NCBI RefSeq assembly: GCF_021869535.1
Contig: NW_026262648.1
Coordinates: 558,001-622,000 of the forward strand
Direction of reading: 5' to 3'
Source of the DNA: Mytilus californianus
Lineage: Eukaryota
DNA length: 64,000 nt
A program made the position numbers and the translations under genes. The notes under the pieces are model-generated. The model saw only the letters and a list, made by a program, of their open reading frames with translations. It had not been told where the DNA came from and did not search any database. The first letter of the stretch is position 1, and each line of letters opens with the position of its first letter. This document shows, in pieces, positions 1 through 8,956 of this stretch.

Positions 1-672
1 ATTGCGGCACATATTGATTTTACCATTTTGTTCCTTTGTCGATAAGCTTTCGAACGCGTATTTTGGCATTTAGGTCCCCCGTAACCCTTCTAATGGGCAT
101 TGCCGCACATTCGATAAGCTATATCTATAATCAGGGGATGAAGAATAGCAAAGATCCAGTAAAAATTAAAAAAAAAAAAAATACAATGTATAGTATTTTA
201 ATTTTTATACATGTTTTGGTTTTCAGGTCGTCCATACATTAAAACAAGGAATTTCTGTTAAAAATAGTTAGGGAAACCCACTAGTTTATCCTCCAAAACT
301 AAATAAATAAATAAAGATAAAAATTTCAAAGAGTGTTTGGATTTATTTTTTCTTAGATTAATTTGAATATTTGTTAAATAACACCAAAATGACAAATTCA
401 GAAATACGGGATATAGTGTCACAGTCAAAAAATAAATTTTCGATTTCATTATTCACTTTTCAGCTTGAATACTGAAATATAAACTATTTCATTATTCATT
501 ATGGAATTTTGAATAATGAAAAATGAATAATGGACGAACTTCAGCGCGATCATTTCAAAATGAAATGTAACATTCATGATCACACGAGCGTCCATAATGA
601 AGTGCACAGGTAAATATAAGAAAAACTCGATAGAAATCGTGTTCTCATGATCCTAGCAAAAAAATGTAATTA

Positions 673-831
673 TAAGTATTGAATGCTTCTTTTAGTAATT
701 TTATAGGGTTATAAAAGCGTTGACCGTGCGCACATTTTTAGAATGAAGCGCTTCCGCGCTTCAAACAAAATGTACTTCGGTCAACGCTTTTACACCCCAA
801 TAAATTTACAAAAGGAAGCATTCAATTCTTA
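673..831. repeat. Large imperfect palindrome, probably the end of a non-autonomous DNA element
   Basis: TAAAAGCGTTGACCG (712-726) pairs perfectly with 778-792. The outer arm 673-689 pairs with 815-831. Central hairpin is TGAAGCGC-TTCC-GCGCTTCA (744-763). Confidence 0.75.
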
Positions 832-1356
832 AGTGCATTAATGCAAGAATAATATTGAATTTTTTATTAATACCAAGATTAAAATCAGTAAATACATGGG
901 ATTTTCTCTTTGACACATCTGAGATTAGAATTGTGAAATGACGAAATGTGATTTTGAGTCAGTCTCGTAATAATCAGTTTTTTGTTATAATCCTTCTGAA
1001 TACAGATTATTAGTTAAATTACTTACTCTTCTCGTTATTTTTTTCAACACATTTACAGCGTTGAATTATCTATACAGTGTTTAATCTGTTAATGGATATC
1101 ATGGGAATTTCAATAGGAAAACAGGAATTTAAGTCTATTGAATAAAGAATATCGTTTGGAAGTCTTATAATCATCTGTTTTAAAAGCTTTAAATCTTCAT
1201 TTGTTTGAAAAAAATATCAATACAGCATTTTTTCAAGTTCCTTTAGATAATTGGTATATACAACAAGCAGTCAAATAAAAAAAGAAAACCAAAAAAAAAA
1301 CCAAATTAACTTTGGGAGGTCCTAACCTCAAAACGATGTATATTTTCAGAGATAAA

Positions 1357-1666
1357 ATGATGTCCAAGAACTGCATTTATATGTGTGTTTTGTTGTATTC
1401 TAAATGTATCGCAGGAACTATTGTAAGAGACATCTTTTCGCAAAATGTAGAGGCATATGACGACACTTACGAAGATACAAAATCTCTTCACATATCTAAA
1501 GTAGAAGCTATTATTCATTGCTTAATGAAATGTTTGAACGAACATCGGTGCGTATCGTTTTTTTACAATAGAATATCGAACACGTGTATCCTGCATGAAG
1601 ATCCTTTTACATATACAATCCGGTCAAAGTCTGGAGCTGGATGGAAATTTTTCATTACCTTTGTCC
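1357..1666 (+). CDS. Lectin gene 1, coding exon 1: signal peptide + PAN/apple domain
   Basis: MMSKNCIYMCVLLYSKCIAG leader, then PAN-type Cys pattern C-x3-C...CVSFFYN...C-x-LH. Phase-1 GTAAGT donor at 1667. Upstream TTTTCAG acceptor ending at 1349 suggests a 5' UTR intron. Confidence 0.85.
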
Positions 1667-2233
1667 GTAAGTGAAAGGATTAAAAGTATTTCATATTGCA
1701 TAACATTATTTTTATATTAAAAGACATTAAAGGTACCATATCAAACGTATAAAAATCGGGCTAGGGGTTTTTGTATACAACATTGCATTTACAATAAAAG
1801 TGCGAAATATTTCTATTGTAATTTCAATCTTACAGGAAAAATTCCCTGCTAACACAGTTGGCCTTTGAAAACACGAATTTTGATTCCTGAAAAATGAAAT
1901 ATCTTACAGCATTGAATTCTATATTGTAATAAACAATATGACAAACTGCTACATTTGTTTGAAATAGGTACCGGTTATGATTAAAACTATAATACAAGCA
2001 AATGCACGTATTAATTCCTCTTGAATTTAAATTCAAGGTATTTAAGATCTTAATTTCAAGTAATAAACATTTTCACTCATTTTGAGTAAAATCTATATTC
2101 TATAATTTAGAAAAAACTTGTTCAAAATGAACCGCAGGAGATTTCGTATAAACACTATAACAAAACTCGTATTAAATAAAAACAATTCAACATAAAAAAA
2201 TATGCACATTACGAAACGTAATTTCAATTTCAG

Positions 2234-2406
2234 CAGACTCTGGACGATGCAAGGCTGATTTCTTTTATTATCGGTATCTAGATCTATGCTTTAAGTTTGG
2301 ACCTACAATACGTTCTACTGATGCTAACCTTGTATGCAGTGAACCTGATGAAGAATTGTGAGGGTCGATTCTGAAGAAAGACAATCCTATATAGTAACAA
2401 TCACAG
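2234..2406 (+). pseudogene. Lectin gene 1, exon 2: N-terminal half of CTLD with a 1-nt deletion frameshift
   Basis: CAGCAG acceptor (2231-2236). Reads PDSGRCKADFFYYRYLDLCFKFGPTIRSTDANLVCSEPDEEL, then TGA at 2359-2361. The -1 frame continues VRVDSEERQSYIVTIT to a phase-1 GTAAAT donor at 2407 that matches the phase of exon 3. Confidence 0.8.
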
Positions 2407-2950
2407 GTAAATTATTTTTTGAATAAACGTAAAACGCTAACATCGGAGGTAACAGAGAGCAGATAGATAGCAAAGGATATTCGAATCATGATAAGTCGGA
2501 AAGCAAACTGAAAAAAAAAAAACCAAAAAGCGATCAAAAGACAAACAACATTTAACGAAAACAAAACATAGATAAACTAAAACTGAACAACACGAACCAC
2601 ACTTCTTCTGTATGTTTAACAAGATAAAAAGAAGATTTGGTGGTTGATTGTTTATTATTTGGGAGTAAAGATAAAGTCTGTCATACGTATTATGAGAATA
2701 AAGAGTTATGCTTTACCATGTTGAGGATGTATTTAGGTGAAATTTAAAAAAATCTAGAATTTAAAATTGATACTTTAAGTCAGAAGAACATTAGTTAAGG
2801 AACAAACCCCACAGAGAGTCTTATAGTTAACAAACATATCATAACCACATCACAGCTTAAGGCTTCTTCTGAACATTTGAAGGTCCCTACTATGCAATGG
2901 TTACCTAAACTACACAAAAAAAAACAGTAAAATATCGTTTCATCTCGGCC

Positions 2951-3174
2951 TCTAGTAAGTGTTCTTCAACTAATCTTTCAGTGCTTTTAACAAGTTCCTT
3001 AACTACTATCAAATATCTTATCATAAACTATTGTAATAAAATATATGAAAATAGTAAAAAAAAACTTACTCTAGTAAGTGTTCTACAACTAATCTTTCAG
3101 TGCTTTTAACAAGTCCCTTAACTACTATCAAATATCTTATCATAAACTATTGTAATAAAATATATGAAAATAGT
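2951..3174 (+). repeat. 105-bp internal tandem duplication in PLE copy 1
   Basis: 2951-3055 and 3070-3174 are near-identical, separated by the 14-nt spacer AAAAAAAAACTTAC. Confidence 0.9.
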
Positions 3175-4354
3175 GGAATTAACTATTTTTGGAGTGTAAA
3201 AAATTCTTTGGATGTTCTAGATAAATTACGTGCTTTTGATGGTCTTTTTTGATTCTGTTGACAGTTTTGACTTTTCTACTCTTTACAATACACTTCCACA
3301 CAATCTTATCAAACAAAAATTTGACTATTTAATTAAATGGTCGTTTGGTAAATCTGAATGCAAATATATTTGCTGCAACTCATTTAAAGCCTTCTTCTCT
3401 AATGAGAAAGGTAAATATGCTAGAAGCTGTTCATTTTCTCCTTGATAATATTTATGTACGTTTCGGCAGCAAAGTTTATCGACAGGTTGTAGGTATTCCT
3501 ATGGGCACTAATTGCACCCCTTTAATAGCAGACTTGTTTTTGTACAGTTTATGACCAAACTCAGTAAAGACCTGTCTAAATTGCATTTAATTGATAAATT
3601 CGACAACACTTACCGTTATCTTCATGATATTTTTTCGTTAAATTATCAAGAATTTTCTCAATATACTGCCAAAATTTACCCAAAGGAACTGACTTTAAAT
3701 AAATCAAATATAAACGATAACAACTGTCCTTTCCTAGATTTAGATATTTCGGTTTTACACGGGAAACTCCACACTAAAATTTACGACAAAAGGGACGATT
3801 GTTCGTTCCCTATTGTTAATTTTCCCTTTTTGGATGGTGATGTTCCTTTGGCACCATCTTACGGTGTTTATATTTCACAACTCGTTCGCTATGCCCGTGT
3901 CTGTAGTGGCGTTTTTGATTTTAACGAACGTAATCTATGCATTACTGTTAAATTATTTAGCCAGGGAATTCGTTACCACAAATTACTTAAAACCTTTACT
4001 AAATTCTTCCACAGATATAAAGATTTGGTTTTGAAGTTTGGTTGTACCTGCAGAAAACTTATTTCAAACGGGATTGCACATCCTCATTTTTACGGCAATA
4101 TTGTTTACCGTGCCCGGAAATTTAGAAACGATCCTGGTAAGCTTATCGATCCTTTAAATAAACTTATTCTAAAAGGTTACCAATTCAACACTGTAATTAG
4201 ATCCTTAAATATTGTTTTTATTGGTACTAATATTGATTTTGTTATCAGTAAATTAAAAGCAAACTAAATATCATTGTTATATACATATACATATTCATGG
4301 ATCTACAATCTGTCGATATCTGTATCTTGGCATTGCACAAGGTCATGTTTTTCT

Positions 4355-4427
4355 CTGACTGTTTATGACGTCTTTATACTAAATCCATTGGATGTTGGAT
4401 GTGTAACGATTGATAATTTAGTCTTAG
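4355..4427 (+). promoter_or_regulatory. Candidate type II SECIS element in the PLE 3' UTR
   Basis: Core ATGAC (4365-4369) / TGAT (4411-4414). Helix II 4370-4379 vs 4401-4410 has 9 of 10 positions paired (2 G-U). Unpaired AA at 4381-4382, apical mini-stem ATCCA/TGGAT, short helix I GACT/AGTC. Confidence 0.7.
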
Positions 4428-4619
4428 ATGCATGATTTCTTTTATTAGTTGTTGGTGGCTTTGAACTAGCTGTCAGTAACTGCGAGTACTCTAAAATCTG
4501 TACTTAGTGTCTTTTTGTTGTTTGGATGTACAAGTACCCGGCCACGTCCACTTGTATTTGTATTATTTGTATTTTTATCCATCTGATGAGTTAAGCCTCT
4601 TTCAACTGATTTTTATAGT

Positions 4620-4992
4620 TCGTTCTTATGTTGTACTGTTACACCACTGTCCCAGGTTTGGGGAGGGTTGGGATCCCGCTAACATGTTTAACCCCGCCAC
4701 ATTCTGTATGTATGTGCCTGTCCCAAGTCAGGAACCTGTAATTCAGTGGTTGTCGTTTGTTTATGTGTTACATATTTGTTTTTCGTTTATATTTTGTACA
4801 GAAATTAGGCCGTTAGTTTTCTCATTTGAATTGTTTTACATTGTCATTTCGGGGCCTTTTATAGCTGACTGTGCAGTATGGGCTTTGCTCATGGTTGAAG
4901 GCCGTACGGTGACCTATAGTTGTTAATTTCTGTTTCATTTGGTCTCTTGTGGAGAGTTGTGTCATTGGCAATCATACCACATCTTCTTTTTT
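4620..4992 (+). repeat. Dispersed repeat family A (ends ...CATTGGCAATCATACCACATCTT), continuous with the PLE copy 1 3' UTR
   Basis: Same-orientation copies at about 17750-17880, 32540-32870, 38330-38460, 63430-63820. Opposite-orientation copies at about 14276-14410, 29260-29320, 39634-40035, 45590-45640. Confidence 0.85.
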
Positions 4993-5632
4993 TTAAGCTA
5001 AAAATATTGATAGGTTATGGAACTCTTTTTTGAAATATTTGATTTAAACAAAATTGGGGGAAAAGGCTGACTCGGACTTTTACCGTATATTTGCATTGGT
5101 ATTATTTGGATCTCAAATAGAAAGAATAGAAATCTAAAATCTGCATAAAATTTGGAAAATGATCTTTAATGAGCTGTTGGAGTCTTATATGAAAAGAAAA
5201 ATGGGTGCTATTGGAGAAAATATTTTACCCTGTATCGTAGGAAAAAAAAAACAATGAGTCCGAACATTTGATAAAAATTCCCAAACCTGACCTAAGTTCC
5301 TTTTTAAAATCATCTTTTTATTGGCATGTAATAGTACGAAGCAATGTGATTCTAATTAACACTTATTTGTTATCTTGAATATTCAAGAAGCACGTTTTTG
5401 CCCTGTACCACTATGATTCGCATTGGTGTTGATGCGTTTTCAAACATCTAGTAAATTTGGATACATGGAATCTACTGAGTCAAAATTTTCTCATACTTAT
5501 TGTTGTAACATTAAGTAAAATATGCGAGTAGCATAATATATAGTTTCAATTTTTGGAGACTTTAGTTGGCGCAATGATGAACTTTCGTAATGCCACGATG
5601 AGTATAATATGCACTTTTCATACATGTTTGTA

Positions 5633-5701
5633 GTTTCAATGTTAACAGACTATGGACGATGCAAGACTTATTTCCTCTACTATCGATATCTAGATCTCTG
5701 A
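5633..5701 (+). pseudogene. Truncated, diverged duplicate of the lectin gene 1 exon 2 start
   Basis: AG acceptor at 5647-5648, then YGRCKTYFLYYRYLDL* versus SGRCKADFFYYRYLDLC in exon 2. Similarity stops at about 5700. Confidence 0.75.
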
Positions 5702-6359
5702 AATTAAATAATATTCAGCTCGGTTTATTTCTGTGAAATTGACTAACCGGTACGATGGCGGGAATTTTGACGGACGCGAGACGTATACGTTGGTTGAGGG
5801 CAGGAATTTTATCAATTATCAATTGACGGTCATTTGGAATCTATTTGTCGACACACAGAAAGTATAATGGTCAACACTACATAAGCAGAAAGTAAAATCA
5901 TATATAGTTTTAACTGAATCGGAAATTAAAAATTCATAATATATTTAATAATAATAATATATAAAAAAAAACTATGGGTAAACATAAATTTAGTAGATTG
6001 GATTTAGATGCAATTTATTACGTACATGTATGTCCAGAGCGTTATCGGATTATTGGTGTACAAACAGTGAAAAGACAGACAAATGGTGAAAAACAGGACC
6101 ATTTGTTGTTGTAAATTACCAATATTACACATATATTCAGTATATGTTATTCTACATCGAAAGATTTACTTTACGAAATCAATAAAATCTACTTTGAATT
6201 ACGAAAAAGGTGTTGGTCTTCTACAGAAAAAAACACTGGACCCTTTTACTCCCTTATTAGAGTTCAAGCTGTGATATTCGTGACTGGTGTTGCTGATTAT
6301 GATGTTACATTATTGATTTTATACTTTTTTTTCTAAACAACATTTTAAGGTTACATTGA

Positions 6360-6910
6360 TATATAATTGAGAATGGAAATGGGGAATGTGTCAAAGATAA
6401 AACAACCCGACAAAAGAGCAGAAAACAGCCGAATGCCACCAATGGGTCTTCAACACAGCGAGAAAATCCCGCACCCGGAGGCGGGCCTCAGCTGGCCCCT
6501 AAACAAAAATGTGTACTAGTTCAGTGAAAATGGACGTCATACTAAACTCCAAATCATATAAAAGAACTAAAATTGAAAAACATACAAGACTAACACAGGC
6601 CAGAGGCTCATGACTAGGAACAGGCGCTAAAATGCGACGAGGTTAAACATGTTTTGTGAGATCTCCCCTCCCCCGATACCTCTAGTCAATGTAGAATAAA
6701 CAAACACACTGCAATACGCACAGTAAAACTTAGTTTAAAAGAAGTCCGAGTCCGATGTCAGAATAGGTAACAAAAGAAACTAAGCAAAATGACAATGTGA
6801 CATAAATTAACAAAGGACTACTAGCAGTTACTGACTACCAGCTCCAGACCGCATTAAACTGATTGAAAGAGTATCATCATATGAAAATCAAGCACAATCC
6901 CTCCCGTTAG
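6360..6910 (+). repeat. Dispersed repeat (ATAATTGAGAATGGAAATGGGGAATGTGTCAAAG... family)
   Basis: A reverse-complement fragment of its start occurs at about 28960-29060. Confidence 0.6.
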
Positions 6911-6929
6911 ACATACCTGTTTTATAAGA

Positions 6930-7330
6930 GAAAGGCGGTAGATATCAAAGGAATATTCAAATTTATAAGTCGAAAACGAACTGCAAATGCCATGGCAAAA
7001 AACGAAAAAAAAAAAACAAAAAACAAAACAAAAATCAAAAGACAAACAACAGTATACACCCTATAAAAACAAAAGATTGAACAACACAAAAAAAAAAGAA
7101 AAAAAAATAGCGATCACTACACTTCAACCATCAATATCATCGAAAGCACTGAAGAGAAGAGATGCGGGAGTTAGCAAGGGGATATTCAAATTCAGGGGTC
7201 GAAGACAAACTGACAACACCGTGGCTAGAAAACTAAAAGACTAACAGACAAATAACAGTCTACAACAGTCTACAAAACAACATAGACTGAGGAATACGAA
7301 CCCCACCAAAACAGAGGAAGATCTCAGGCG
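6930..7330 (-). repeat. Dispersed repeat family B, two adjacent fragments
   Basis: Shares AGGCGAAAGATACC...AAACTGACAACGCCATGGC...CCCCACCAAAA with 13268-13480, 16870-17060 and 44100-44310, and in reverse with 19300-19550, 33760-33870, 37240-37530, 47770-47850 and 60040-60130. Confidence 0.75.
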
Positions 7331-7407
7331 ATCTTTTTATTTATGTTCGTCATTATTTTTTTAACGTATGTCAGTTATGATAATCATGAGAATGTTTAAA
7401 ATTTCAG

Positions 7408-7658
7408 CTGACATTTATCTTGTGTACAACAACGCCATTTGTATTCAAGGAACAAGCATGATTAATCCCTCACACCAGTGGACATTTAACGATGGGACGA
7501 TAATGTCTTATTCCAAATGGGGAATAAATCAACCGGCAGCAAATGGAACATTTATATGCATGTTTCGAGTTTACAATAACAAATGGTACAGTACTGTTGG
7601 TGGAAATAGGTGCTCCTACATCTGTGAATACAAATACAATGAAAGGGCACAAATGTAA
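7408..7658 (+). CDS. Lectin gene 1, exon 3: C-terminal half of a non-canonical CTLD
   Basis: TTTCAG acceptor ending 7407, phase 1. Reads ADIYLVYNNAICIQG...QWTFNDGT.MSYSKWGINQPA...C...KW...SYICE then stop. QPA replaces EPN/QPD and WND is absent. Confidence 0.8.
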
Positions 7659-7720
7659 AACGAAATATCACCATTTAGTACGTGTATTTTGTGAATGCAT
7701 CTTTAAAATTTTGACAATTT

Positions 7721-7796
7721 GATTGATTGATTGATTGATTGATTAGTGATTTTATAACTCCGCATCAGCATAAAAAAGCCATATCGCGGCGAGAGC
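7721..7796 (-). mobile_element. Short 3' end of a LINE/SINE with (AATC)n tail
   Basis: (GATT)6 at 7721-7744. The reverse complement resembles the tail at 49187-49268 (GCTCTCGCC...GATGCG...AATC repeats). Confidence 0.65.
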
Positions 7797-8000
7797 GAAT
7801 TCAAATTGGCAATTTGAATATATATATAAACTATTCCAAGGAGTAAACTGTTAGAATACAAATATAAAAAGAAAAATAAAAGGACTCCATGTGTTCTTAC
7901 TTACCACCCATCTCTCAAAATCAGCTTCGGTGTCATTCGTGAGCATTGGAAAACAGTTGAAAAGAATTCCAAACTATCCAAGATTTTTCCCGAGCCTCCC

Positions 8001-8504
8001 ATGATAGCTTTTAGGCAACCCAATAGTCTGCGTAACCTGCTGGTGCGGGCTGAAGTGTCTGATAATAGAAGTAATTCTGGAGAATGTCGTTCGTGTGATG
8101 AAAAACGCTGCAAATGCTGCCTACAGATGCATCACTCATCAACTTTTCACAGTAAGGCAACCGAAAATAACTATAAGATATTTTGCAATGTTAACTGCAA
8201 AAGTATGAATGTTATTTACATTCTAGAATGTTCGGTTTGTGGCCTCCAATATGTTGGTGAGTCAAAGCAGCCTTTCCACAAACGCCTCAATGGCCATAGG
8301 AGTGATATCTCTAAGAAGCCACTTCTCCCAGTTTCTCAGCATTTCAGACAGTCTGGTCACACACTTGATGACTTTAACCGCATGAAGATCCTAGTGATTG
8401 AACAGAACATTCACTGGAGTGATGCCCAGCGACAGGTTCGGGAAAGCTTTTGGATAAAGGAACTAAATGTACATCATCCAAACGGCATCAATAAAAAATA
8501 CTAA
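8001..8504 (+). pseudogene. Duplicated GIY-YIG endonuclease segment in the upstream pseudo-LTR
   Basis: Identical translation to the last 167 aa of the 10619-11674 ORF. Confidence 0.9.
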
Positions 8505-8661
8505 GTTTTATTTTTCACTCATTTTGGGTTGTAAATATACACAGTCACGTATATTTGAGTATTGAGTTTTGTTTTATATTATGATGTTCAGGATTTTGGA
8601 TTAAATCAATAGACCAAAACTTACCTGTATTATTGAGCTATTTTTATACATATTATCAGTA

Positions 8662-8733
8662 TTGTTAAAATAATTGACACCGAAGAAGGCTATTTGTTAA
8701 GCCGAAATATTTGTCAACACGATTTATTAACAA
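8662..8733 (+). ncRNA. Minimal type I hammerhead ribozyme-like motif, upstream pseudo-LTR
   Basis: Stem I TTGACA/TGTCAA. Core CCGAAGA (U4 changed to C) plus an extra A. Stem II GGCT/AGCC, GAAA, palindromic ATAT stem III, then T at the cleavage position. Distal stem TTGTTAA/TTAACAA. Confidence 0.7.
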
Positions 8734-8956
8734 CATCTTCGTATAATACCATCTTATATTAGTATCGTTGTGCAAATCTCTAGACTTATATATTTTTTTT
8801 CCTTATCTGCACAGTATCGTCTATTCTAGACGATCCGGTACATAGTAAATTTGCTGGTTGGTCCTTTTTATAGACTTCTATATTATTTTCCTCTGAATGA
8901 CCTGTATTATGTTATTCACATAATCCCAGTGAATTTAAGTTTTCAGCTCTTATATC

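Larger units (their letters stand above)
2760..4992 (+). mobile_element. Naiad-type Penelope-like element, copy 1 (5'-truncated, decayed RT + 3' UTR), in intron 2 of lectin gene 1
   Basis: RT motifs across frameshifts: PTMQWLPKLHK, YFWSVKNS, DFSTLYNTLPH, GIPMGTNC, RYLHD (DD mutated), YDKRDD..FPIVNFP, YGVYISQL. The ORF ends at 4267 with no C-terminal GIY-YIG domain, as expected for Naiad/Chlamys PLEs, whose endonuclease is N-terminal. Confidence 0.8.

Noticed and set aside
2359-4427. The downstream SECIS might recode the lectin exon 2 TGA as selenocysteine.
   Set aside because: The SECIS is intronic. Readthrough in that frame meets TAG 11 codons later, and the CTLD continues in a different frame, so a frameshift explains it.
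4583-4610. CTGATGAG hammerhead-like core in the Naiad 3' UTR.
   Set aside because: No GAAA or closing stems could be found on either side.
4507-4926. 139-aa ORF.
   Set aside because: Lies in the non-coding family A repeat, has no real ATG start and no domain.
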